Of a stretch of 64,000 nucleotides of DNA, positions 48,748-57,438 are shown piece after piece (the first letter of the stretch is position 1; each line of letters starts with the position of its first letter). The DNA lies in assembly GCA_041690395.1 (NCBI GenBank), contig JAWLHJ010000003.1, positions 128,001 through 192,000 of the forward strand, in the 5' to 3' direction. The DNA is from Longimicrobiales bacterium. Its GTDB lineage: Bacteria; Gemmatimonadota; Gemmatimonadetes; Longimicrobiales; Gaopeijiaceae. A program made the position numbers and the translations under genes. The notes under the pieces are model-generated. The model saw only the letters and a program-made list of their open reading frames with translations. It was not told the DNA's origin and made no database searches.

Positions 48748-50115
48748 TTGAGAAAGACGTTTTCCCAGGATATCGCACGGTTCCGGACGGCCGTGGCCGT
48801 CCTCGCGCTCTCCGCCATCGCGGCATGCGAGCAGGTCGAACAGGTCCAGGACCATTTTCGGGACCTGACCCCGCACGAAGCCTATCTGGAGTCGCTCAGG
48901 CAGGCGGGGCTGGACGGAACCGCGTTGGCCGTCGCCTGGCAGGAGGCTGCCGCGCAGGCCATCGCGGCCCCGGTCGAGGTCTCGCTCCCCTTCGAGGAGC
49001 GCGGCTACATCTCCCCGGAGGATCCCGGCGCGATGGGGTACCGCGTCTCGGTTCCCCGAGGTCGAAGGTTGACCGCGGAGGTCACGCTCGACACCGAGGA
49101 CGGCACCCGGGTGTTCGTCGACCTCTTTCGCGTGCCCACCGACGACGAGGACCCGGTGAGACCGCTGATCTCCACCGACTCCGTGCCGGGCACCTTCGTG
49201 CACGAGCCATGGAGGGGTGGTGAGTTCCTGCTCAGGCTCCAGCCCGAGCTCCTGCGGGGTGGCCAGTACACCGTGACGCTGCGCCTCGAGGCACAGCTGG
49301 CGTTCCCGGTGGAGGGACACGGCGTCCGCGCGGTCCAGAGCCGCTTCGGCGTGCCTCGCGATGGCGGCCGGCGAAGCCATCACGGCGTCGACATCTTCGC
49401 ACCCCGCGGCACACCGGTGCTCGCGTCGGCCGAAGGGGTGGTCAATCGAGTCCAGAACACGAATATCGGCGGCAAGGTGGTCTGGCTCCGCGATCCGGTT
49501 CGTAACGCCAACCTCTACTACGCCCACCTCGACAGCCAGTACGTCCGTTCGGGGCAGCGGGTCCGGCCCGGCGACACCATCGGGTTCGTGGGCAACACGG
49601 GCAACGCGCGCACCACGCCGCCCCATCTTCACTTCGGTGTGTACCGACGCGGCGAAGGGCCCGTCGATCCCTTCCCGTTCCTCGATCCTCCGCCGACCGA
49701 CATCCCCGAGCTGACCGCCGACGTGTCCCGCCTCGGGACGTGGGTCCGCCTTCAGAACGGCGGCATCCGCCTACGCTCCGATCCTGGGCTCGGAGGAGCG
49801 ATCCTCGACGAGCTCGAGCAGTACACGCCCGTGCGCGTCCTCGGCGGCTCCGGAGCCTACTTCCGGGTCCGGCTGCCGGACGGCGCCCAGGGGTATGTCG
49901 CGGCCCGGCTGACCGAACCCCTCGACGAACCGCTCACGGCCGAAGCGTCGACCTCGTCGCGTGCCGTGCGCACCGCTCCCGGTGAGGACGCGCCGATCAT
50001 CGGCACGTTGGGACCCGGTGACGAGATGACGGTGCTCGGCCGGTATGGTCAGTACCTCTACGTTCGCGCGCCGACCGGGCGGGGCGGTTGGGTCGGGGTG
50101 GACGTCGACGGGTGA
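48748..50115 (+). CDS. M23 metallopeptidase lipoprotein with two C-terminal SH3-like domains
   Basis: Lipobox IAAC, HHGVDIF, YAHL, PHLHF, GAQGYV and GRGGWV SH3-like motifs. Confidence 0.88.
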   Translation: MRKTFSQDIARFRTAVAVLALSAIAACEQVEQVQDHFRDLTPHEAYLESLRQAGLDGTALAVAWQEAAAQAIAAPVEVSLPFEERGYISPEDPGAMGYRVSVPRGRRLTAEVTLDTEDGTRVFVDLFRVPTDDEDPVRPLISTDSVPGTFVHEPWRGGEFLLRLQPELLRGGQYTVTLRLEAQLAFPVEGHGVRAVQSRFGVPRDGGRRSHHGVDIFAPRGTPVLASAEGVVNRVQNTNIGGKVVWLRDPVRNANLYYAHLDSQYVRSGQRVRPGDTIGFVGNTGNARTTPPHLHFGVYRRGEGPVDPFPFLDPPPTDIPELTADVSRLGTWVRLQNGGIRLRSDPGLGGAILDELEQYTPVRVLGGSGAYFRVRLPDGAQGYVAARLTEPLDEPLTAEASTSSRAVRTAPGEDAPIIGTLGPGDEMTVLGRYGQYLYVRAPTGRGGWVGVDVDG

Positions 50116-50149
50116 CGCACACGGCTCCGCTGTCGTCGGACGCCGGAAC

Positions 50150-51562
50150 GTGAGGGGCGCACGTTCCCGGCTCCTGGTTCTGGTGCCGGAAGGTGCTGAC
50201 AGGTCCGCCTTCACCGCGCTTGGCGATGTCGGCATCGACGTCGTCGTCCTGCACGGGCTTTCTCCCTATCTGAAGCGGCTGTCGGACGAGGATTGGCTCG
50301 GAACGCTGATCTCGCTCTCCGCCGACAACGTCGACGAACGGGTCGTGGAACGGGTCGCTCGCACACCCGGGTGTGGCGCGCTGCTTCTCTCCGCTCCTGG
50401 CGCTTCGCTCGACCGCGCGCTGCTGGCCGAGCGCGTCGGCGCAGTGGGCCTCGTCCGCGAGCCCTTCCAGGTCGCGGACCTGACCGAGCGCGCCTCGCTG
50501 CTTCTGGACGAGGGGGACGAGATCCCCCTCCCCATCCAACCCGGTCCCGGGGGAGGGTCCGAGTCCGACGGCGCGGCTTCCGCGGATCCGATCGTCGGGG
50601 AGGGTCCGGCCATGGCCCACGTGTTCGAGCGGATCGCCCGGGTGGCCCGGTCCGACAGCACGGTCCTGCTCACCGGCGAGTCAGGTACCGGAAAAGAGCT
50701 CGTGGCCCGCGCCCTCCATGCCGCTGGGCCTCGGGCACGAGGCCCCTTCGTCGCGGTGAACTGCGCGGCGATCCCGGAACAGCTGCTCGAGTCCGAGCTG
50801 TTCGGCCACCAGAAGGGGGCCTTCACCGGAGCGGTAGCGACGCGCTCGGGCCGCTTCGAGCGCGCCGACGGAGGCACGCTCCTGCTCGACGAGGTGGGCG
50901 ACATGAGCCCGGTCCTCCAGGCCAAGCTCCTACGGGCCCTGGAGGAGCGCACGGTCGAGCCGGTCGGGGGCGACGCCCCCCGCCCCATCGACGTTCGCGT
51001 CGTCGCCGCCACGCACCGGGACCTGCGGGACAGGATCCTCGACGGGTCGTTCCGAGAGGACCTCTACTACCGGCTCGCGGTCGTGGACATCCACCTTCCT
51101 CCGCTCCGTGAGCGCGGACCGGACGTGCGCGCGCTCGCGCTCCACTTCGCCGCCCGCTTCGCGCGACGGCACGGGAGTGAGGTCTCGGCGATCACCGAGA
51201 GAGCGCTCGAGCGCCTCGAGACCCACGCGTGGCCCGGGAACGTGCGGGAGCTCCGGAACGTGATGGACCGCGCCGTGCTCCTGGCCTCCGGCACCGTCCT
51301 GCGCTCGGGGCACCTACGGGTGGGCGAGGCGTCTCCACGCGCCACCTCCCGTCCCACGGCGCCAGGCCCCGTCGGATATCCGCCGGAGCTCTCGCTCGCG
51401 GAAGTCGAGGCACACCACATCGAGCGCGTGCTTGCTTCCACCCAGAGCCATATCGGTCGCGCCGCCGACATCCTCGGCATCCACCGCAACACGCTGACGC
51501 GGAAGGTGCGGGAGTACGGGATCGCCGTCGACGACGACACCGAATCCGATGGCCCGCCCTAG
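50150..51562 (+). CDS. Sigma54-dependent enhancer-binding protein with degenerate receiver-like N-terminus (start uncertain)
   Basis: [39 protein letters not shown]-terminal Fis-type HTH. Confidence 0.92.
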   Translation: MRGARSRLLVLVPEGADRSAFTALGDVGIDVVVLHGLSPYLKRLSDEDWLGTLISLSADNVDERVVERVARTPGCGALLLSAPGASLDRALLAERVGAVGLVREPFQVADLTERASLLLDEGDEIPLPIQPGPGGGSESDGAASADPIVGEGPAMAHVFERIARVARSDSTVLLTGESGTGKELVARALHAAGPRARGPFVAVNCAAIPEQLLESELFGHQKGAFTGAVATRSGRFERADGGTLLLDEVGDMSPVLQAKLLRALEERTVEPVGGDAPRPIDVRVVAATHRDLRDRILDGSFREDLYYRLAVVDIHLPPLRERGPDVRALALHFAARFARRHGSEVSAITERALERLETHAWPGNVRELRNVMDRAVLLASGTVLRSGHLRVGEASPRATSRPTAPGPVGYPPELSLAEVEAHHIERVLASTQSHIGRAADILGIHRNTLTRKVREYGIAVDDDTESDGPP

Positions 51563-51600
51563 CCGCCCGTCGGGCCCGGGGCCCTGGAATCGCGCGCTGC

Positions 51601-51617
51601 TGCACCAGAACGGTGCA
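51601..51617. promoter_or_regulatory. NtrC-type enhancer box
   Basis: TGCACC-agaac-GGTGCA, about 140 nt upstream of the TPR gene. Confidence 0.6.
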
Positions 51618-51726
51618 CCGCCCGGACCGGGTGCGCGCGCCGTCATTCACGCATCACTTCATACTACAGAGTCTTTCTGCAATCGCCTCATTGCCTTAGG
51701 GCTGCGCACCCCGACGCTCGCGCTCG

Positions 51727-51741
51727 TGCACGAAACGTGCA
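51727..51741. promoter_or_regulatory. Palindrome TGCACG-aaa-CGTGCA (operator or variant -24/-12 promoter)
   Basis: Perfect inverted repeat 15 nt before ATG 51757; fits GGCACG-N5-TGC except TG in place of GG. Confidence 0.45.
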
Positions 51742-51756
51742 ACCGATATCCGTGAC

Positions 51757-53082
51757 ATGAGCGACAGCATCGACATCGACAGCCTTCGACGGCTTCTCCC
51801 GGACGTACCCGAGCTACGCCCGTTGCTCGACGCGGCACTCCGGGCCTCGGTCCCGGACCCCGACGACGCATGGACATCCGCGGGCGAGGTGTCGACGGTG
51901 GGCGCGCGCCGGGTGGATCCGGCCGCGATCGCCCGCGAGTCCGCTCGCATCGCCTCGCGCCATCGGCGGCACCTCGACGCCGTCTACGACGTGGTGGCGG
52001 AAGCGCTTTCCGGGAAGGCGGCCGGAGACGGAGGGAGCGTCGTGCGAGCCCTGCTTCGAGGCGCCGCGCTGGAGGAAGCCGCGGGACGCACGGACGCGAC
52101 CGTGGCGTTCGCCACGGCGGCGGTGGATGCGGCACGCTCGCATGGCGAGCCGGCGCTGACTATGCTCGCCCTCCGACGCCACGCGCGGGCCCGGCGGGCC
52201 GTCGGCGACCTCGAGACGGCCTCGCGGATGTACGAGGAGGCGCTCACGGGCGCCGAGGGCCTCGGAGACGCCGAGGCCCTCGCGGAGGCCGCCATCGGCG
52301 CCGGGAACGTGCACGAGCAGCAGGGGCGCTGGGACGAAGCCGAGGCCCGTTACGAGCACGCCCGCTCGGCCCTCGAGACGTTGAGCCCGCCCACGCCGGC
52401 GCATTGGCACGTCCTTCTCAACCTGCACATCGTGCACCGCTCTCGCGGTCACGTGGAGCGGAGCGTCGAATGGCTCGACCGGGCGTCCGCTCTCGCCGAG
52501 GCCCTGCCCGACCCCGCCGCGGTTCCACTGCTGGAGAACGCGCGCGGTCAGCTCGCGATGGCCGAGGAAGCGCCTGGGCGAGCGGAACAGCACTTCGTTG
52601 ACGCACTGCAGGCGGCAGACGGACTCTGGGCCCGAGCGACGATCCGACTCAATCTTGCCGAGGCCCATCTGGCCCGTGACCGGCTTCTCGACGCGGCCGA
52701 GCACGCGCGGGACGCGGAGCGCGATGCCATCGTCGGTAGCCTGACCGCCAAGCTACCCGAGGTCTACCGCATGCTCGGTCGGATCGCCGCAGCGAACGGG
52801 AACCCCGACGGCTTCGTGCTCTTCGAGCGCTCCCTCGCGCTGTCCGCGCCCACCCCCGGCCTCACGTTCGAGCGCGCTCAGACGCTCCAGGCGTACGCCA
52901 TGGCCGAACAGGCGCTCGACCACACGGAGTCGGGCGAGGACCTGTGGATTCGAGCGATCGACGCCTATCGGTCGCTCGGCATCACCGGGGTGCGCCGCCC
53001 GTGGGCGGACTGCTTCGACGCTCCACCGCACGACTTCGACCCGACCTCCCGAACCCCAGATCCCAGGAACCAAGACGAATGA
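51757..53082 (+). CDS. Cytoplasmic TPR-repeat protein
   Basis: Repeated helical motifs (AAIGAGNVHEQQGRWDEA, LENARGQLA, LNLAEAHL, YRMLGRIA). Confidence 0.8.
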   Translation: MSDSIDIDSLRRLLPDVPELRPLLDAALRASVPDPDDAWTSAGEVSTVGARRVDPAAIARESARIASRHRRHLDAVYDVVAEALSGKAAGDGGSVVRALLRGAALEEAAGRTDATVAFATAAVDAARSHGEPALTMLALRRHARARRAVGDLETASRMYEEALTGAEGLGDAEALAEAAIGAGNVHEQQGRWDEAEARYEHARSALETLSPPTPAHWHVLLNLHIVHRSRGHVERSVEWLDRASALAEALPDPAAVPLLENARGQLAMAEEAPGRAEQHFVDALQAADGLWARATIRLNLAEAHLARDRLLDAAEHARDAERDAIVGSLTAKLPEVYRMLGRIAAANGNPDGFVLFERSLALSAPTPGLTFERAQTLQAYAMAEQALDHTESGEDLWIRAIDAYRSLGITGVRRPWADCFDAPPHDFDPTSRTPDPRNQDE

Positions 53083-53738
53083 TCGATACCACGAGAGACG
53101 CCCGACACGCCCGCTCCGGGCTCGGCGCCGCCGTTCTGGCCGTCGCACTGACAGGCTTCCTGTCCGGGTGCGGGAATCTCACCGCCGGAGGCTTCGGTGA
53201 AGCCAAGGTCGTGGCCAACGGAGACGCACCCGACACGGCGGTCCAGACCGCCGAAGCGCTGCGTGCCCCCGCCCGGACGGATCACGAGGGTGATGAGGGC
53301 GAAGAGGACATCGACCCCGACGGTGAGATCGAGCTCGACTTCAGGCTCTACCTCGAGTCGCCCACCGGCGCGTCCCTCGAGCTGTCCGACCGAGAGCTCC
53401 AGGTCGAGCTGGAGCTCGATGGAAGCATCGAGGCCGACGTGATCACGGCGCGTGTGCCGGCGAACAGCTACTCGGGGCTCCGGATCGCGTTCAGCGAGAT
53501 CGAGATCAACGTCCAGGACGGCGTCATCATCGACGGCCAGCCGGTGACGGGGCTCGTCGACATCGAGTTCGAGGACCTCGAGATCCTGCTACCGCTCGAC
53601 CTCACCGTGCTGGACGGCTCCGTCGTCGAGATCCTTCTCGACCTGAACGCCGCGACCTGGCTCGCGTTCGTCGATCCGGACACGCAGACGGTCATGCCGG
53701 AGCACTTCGCCGAGGCGGTGACGGTCAGGCTCCGCTAG
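53079..53738 (+). CDS. Acidic beta-rich lipoprotein (DUF4382-like)
   Basis: Lipobox LSGC, VPANSYSGLRI, EILLDLNA pattern. Confidence 0.6.
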   Translation: MIDTTRDARHARSGLGAAVLAVALTGFLSGCGNLTAGGFGEAKVVANGDAPDTAVQTAEALRAPARTDHEGDEGEEDIDPDGEIELDFRLYLESPTGASLELSDRELQVELELDGSIEADVITARVPANSYSGLRIAFSEIEINVQDGVIIDGQPVTGLVDIEFEDLEILLPLDLTVLDGSVVEILLDLNAATWLAFVDPDTQTVMPEHFAEAVTVRLR

Positions 53739-53780
53739 TGTAGCGTAGGAAGTCCCGAGCACCTCTCGGCGAAGGGCACG

Positions 53781-53820
53781 AAAAAGCCCCGGCGGTCCGA
53801 AGACCCCGGGGCTTCCTCTT
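53781..53820 (-). terminator. Intrinsic terminator between convergent operons (possibly bidirectional)
   Basis: aaaaagccccgg-cggtccgaagacc-ccggggcttcctctt. Confidence 0.75.
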
Positions 53821-53908
53821 GCGACCGAGCCGGCCCTAGCTCCCGCTCGGCCGCGGACCTGACGTGCCCGAAGGCACGTCGAAGACCGCGCTTCCCGCCC
53901 TCAGTTCA

Positions 53909-55891
53909 TCAGCAGGTGAGGCAGTTGTTGTTGTTGATGGCGCCGAGGCTCTCGAGCAGCGCGACGGTCGCCGGGAAGGGCGACACACGCTGCACGGGAC
54001 CGTTGGCCATGTCGACCGTGGTCTGCCCTCTGCGGCTCACGGCCATGATGTCGGCCCCATGCTCCACGAGGTAGAGGATCATCTCGTTGTCCCCTCGGGC
54101 CGCGGCATGGTGCACCGCGTTGTAGCCGTTGTGGTCACGCACGTTGATGTCGACACCCATTTCCTCGACGAGGAACTTCACGGCCGGCAACCAACCGTTC
54201 ACGGCATGGCGGTGGGCGTTTCCGGCGAAGCCCTCACCGTACCCGACGCCGCTCGCGGCGTGGATCGGATACACCGCCGGGCCGTCCTCCTCGACGGGAG
54301 GCAGTCCGGACGGATCGAGCTGGTTCGCGAGCACCTCGTTCGCTTCCTCGACGGCGTCCAGCACCTGCTGGCGCAGCACGTCGGGGGAGCTCATCGCGAA
54401 GATCTCGTCGTCGAACCGGTAGCGGATCTCGTCCGGGAAGTCGTCACGCACGGACCGGAGCAGCACGAACTTTGCCGAATCGGTCATGGTCTCGAAGTCG
54501 TCGTCCTGAAGCGCCTGCACGTTCTGCTGCCGGAGGAACTCGTCCGGCGTACGACGCTCCCGGGGGGCCGGAGCCCTGGTGGCGATCGCCGGGTCGGCGC
54601 CGTACTCCACCAGCATCCGCATCGCCGCGAGGTCGGTGGCGTAGGCGGCCCTCAGGAAGGCCGTCGACCCGTCGGTGTCGATCAGGCCGCAGTTCCCGTT
54701 GCCGCACCCGGTGTAGACCATGTACCAGGGGTGCAGGGAAATGCGATGGTTGACGTCGGCACCGGCGTCCAGCAGCGCCTTCATGACGTCGAGGTAGCTC
54801 GCGTCCTGTCGCTCACGCTGCTGCGGCTGCGGGTAACGCGTGCGGGGCTGCCACTCGGCATTCACAGTGGCCCAGAGGGGCGTCACCGCGTTGAGCGTCG
54901 ACGCGACGTTCGGGTCGGCGCCGTGCTCGAGGAAGAGCAGCGCCATGTCGAACTGACCGTTCAGAACGGAGATCAGAAGCGGGCTCGTTCCATCGGCCGG
55001 GCTGACGAGGTTCGGATCCGCGCCACCCTCCAGCAACGCCACCGCGGCCTCGTGGTGGCCCTGCCGCGCAGCATGCAGCAGCGGGGACAAGCCGCCCTTG
55101 GCCGTGATGGTCGGAGGTCCACGACGGAACGGATTGTCGTCTTCTTCCTCCGCATCTTCCGGCACACCGGTTTCGAAGATCTCCCGCCCGGCGCGGACGG
55201 CGGCCTGCATCTCGCTCGGCGTGGGCTCGCGTGCACCACCGTTCGTGAACGCCGCGAGTACCTCGTCACGACGCTGATCGGCGGCCCGCATGAGGGCTTC
55301 CCACTCGACCAGGTCGCGCACGAAGGTCGTGACGTTCGGGTCCGCCCCCCGCGAAAGCAGGAGTCGGATCACCGGCGCCCGGTTCTCCGCGGCCGCGAAG
55401 ATCAGCGGCGTCTGCTGCCACTGATCCTCGACACTGTTGGGATCCGCGCCGTGATCGAGGAGCGCCTCCACGACGGCCACGTCTCCGGCGCTGGACGCCA
55501 TGTGTAGCGCGGTAGCGCGCGTTTCGGTGGTCTTGCGCTCGGCATCGGCGCCGGCCGACAGGAGCCAGCGGACCATGTCCTCGTTCCCTTCCCTGGCGGC
55601 GACGTGCAGCGGCACATAACCGCCGATCCGGGTCATGGCTTCGAGATCGGCCCCTGCTGCGCGAAGCACCCGGGCCATCTCGACGTCGTCCAGTTCTGCC
55701 GCCCAGTGCATCGCCGTCATTCCGTCGCCCTGGGCCGCGTTGACGTCAGCCCCCTGGCGCAGGAGCGCCACGATGGCTTCCGCGTCGCCCCGCATGGCCG
55801 CGTCGGCGACCGGGGACTCCAGCGGACCGGCGGCGGCGAGCACCATGGCAAACAGCGCCGTGAGTGTGCCGAGGCGTAGGCCGAATCTCAT
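53909..55891 (-). CDS. Secreted ankyrin-repeat protein
   Basis: Signal peptide, many ankyrin repeats (GMTAMHWAA, TPLIFAA, GADPN), ends NNNNCLTC. Confidence 0.9.
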   Translation of the reverse strand: MRFGLRLGTLTALFAMVLAAAGPLESPVADAAMRGDAEAIVALLRQGADVNAAQGDGMTAMHWAAELDDVEMARVLRAAGADLEAMTRIGGYVPLHVAAREGNEDMVRWLLSAGADAERKTTETRATALHMASSAGDVAVVEALLDHGADPNSVEDQWQQTPLIFAAAENRAPVIRLLLSRGADPNVTTFVRDLVEWEALMRAADQRRDEVLAAFTNGGAREPTPSEMQAAVRAGREIFETGVPEDAEEEDDNPFRRGPPTITAKGGLSPLLHAARQGHHEAAVALLEGGADPNLVSPADGTSPLLISVLNGQFDMALLFLEHGADPNVASTLNAVTPLWATVNAEWQPRTRYPQPQQRERQDASYLDVMKALLDAGADVNHRISLHPWYMVYTGCGNGNCGLIDTDGSTAFLRAAYATDLAAMRMLVEYGADPAIATRAPAPRERRTPDEFLRQQNVQALQDDDFETMTDSAKFVLLRSVRDDFPDEIRYRFDDEIFAMSSPDVLRQQVLDAVEEANEVLANQLDPSGLPPVEEDGPAVYPIHAASGVGYGEGFAGNAHRHAVNGWLPAVKFLVEEMGVDINVRDHNGYNAVHHAAARGDNEMILYLVEHGADIMAVSRRGQTTVDMANGPVQRVSPFPATVALLESLGAINNNNCLTC

Positions 55892-55964
55892 TCTTCCTCC
55901 GTTACCGATCAGTACGTGTACGCGGACGGGGTCGGCCGCCGGACGGCGACCGACCCCCCGTTCC

Positions 55965-57389
55965 TCAGAACTGCTGCGTGGCGCTCCGGGGCATGCTCAG
56001 GGGCAGCTCACCCGTGCTGTCACCGAAGCTCTCGAGGTCGTCGAGACCCATCCGCTGGGCCACGCTCAGCATGGCGTTGGCCATCGGCGTGCCGTCACCG
56101 GCGCGCAGGTGCAGGTTCCCGTCGAGAACGCCGCCGCCGTGTCCGAGGAAGAACAGCGGGCAACGACGGTGGTTGTGGATGTTCGCGTCGGACATCGGCG
56201 AGCCCCACATGACCACGGACTTGTCGAGGAGGTTCGTGCCACCGTCGTCGGTGTTCTTGAGCTTCTCGATGAAGTACGGAAGCATCCCGACGCGGTACTG
56301 GTTGATCTTGTTGAACTCCAGGATCGCCTCCTCCCGTCCGCCATGGTGCGAGGACGGGTGGAACGGGCGGTCCGATCCGCTCTCCGAGAAGACACGGTTG
56401 TCGGCGTCACGTCCGGTCTTGAACGAGATCACCCGCGTCATGTCGGACTGGAGCGCCAGCACCTGCAGGTCGAACATGACCTCCATGTGCTCCTTGAAGG
56501 AATCCGGCACGCCGGCCGGAGCCTCGGGCATCTCACGCTCTTCACCGGAGGTGTTCTGCGCCTCGATCATCCCGATGCGCCGCTCGAGCTCACGGACGTC
56601 CGTGAGGTACTTGTCCATGCGCTGACGGTCCTCGGCCCCCAGCTGACGCTGGACCGCGGCGACCTCGCCGGCGATCCAGTCCAGGATGCTACGACGGGTC
56701 GCCCGGCGGGCGGCGCGGTCCTCCATCGAGGTCCCGGTGCCGAAGAGCATGTCGAACGCGACCCGCGGGTCCCGGATCATCGGGAGCGGCTCGCTGGGCG
56801 ACGCCCAGCTGATCGCGTCCGTGTAGGAGCAGGAATAGTTGTACGTGCAACCGCCGGCCGCATCGAGCTGCTCGATGCAGAACTGCATGGACGGGAGCGG
56901 CGTGTCCTGCCCGAAGCGCTGGGCGTAGATCTGGTCGAGCGAGGTGCCGACGAACAGATCGGAGCCCTGAGTCTGCTTGGGATGCGACTGCGTGAGGAAG
57001 ACGGCGCTGGACCGGAAGTGGTCTCCGCCGATCTCTGGCGGAGCGAACGCCTCCGCCATGCGGCAGTCCGTGTTGCTCACGATCGTGAGGTAGTCCTGGT
57101 ACGGACGGAGGGACGCGAGCGCGCTGTCCGGGATGATCTCGAAGTCCTTGCCCGTGGTCTCCGGGGCCCAGATGTACTGCTTCTCGGCCCACACGTTGCA
57201 GCCCGCGAGTCCGTGAACCTCTTCGATGGCGATGAAGGGGATACGGTCGGCGGCAGCAGCAGCGGCAGCCTTCTCACCGCGCAGGCGGCCCGCAGGGACC
57301 ATCGCATCGAGGAACGGCAGCGCTACCGACGCGCCCATTCCTTGAAGGAAGGTTCTGCGGTCGAGGTGGCTTCCGGTGATGAATTGCAT
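55965..57389 (-). CDS. DUF1552 family protein with Tat-like signal
   Basis: LDRRTFLQGMG..LPFLDAM, TSLDQ, ISWAS..P, DMTRV, HxxSHH, TPMAN. Confidence 0.88.
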   Translation of the reverse strand: MQFITGSHLDRRTFLQGMGASVALPFLDAMVPAGRLRGEKAAAAAAADRIPFIAIEEVHGLAGCNVWAEKQYIWAPETTGKDFEIIPDSALASLRPYQDYLTIVSNTDCRMAEAFAPPEIGGDHFRSSAVFLTQSHPKQTQGSDLFVGTSLDQIYAQRFGQDTPLPSMQFCIEQLDAAGGCTYNYSCSYTDAISWASPSEPLPMIRDPRVAFDMLFGTGTSMEDRAARRATRRSILDWIAGEVAAVQRQLGAEDRQRMDKYLTDVRELERRIGMIEAQNTSGEEREMPEAPAGVPDSFKEHMEVMFDLQVLALQSDMTRVISFKTGRDADNRVFSESGSDRPFHPSSHHGGREEAILEFNKINQYRVGMLPYFIEKLKNTDDGGTNLLDKSVVMWGSPMSDANIHNHRRCPLFFLGHGGGVLDGNLHLRAGDGTPMANAMLSVAQRMGLDDLESFGDSTGELPLSMPRSATQQF

Positions 57390-57438
57390 GTCGGTTCTCC
57401 TGAACTGAGTGCGCTAGGGACGCTACTGCTACTGACTG

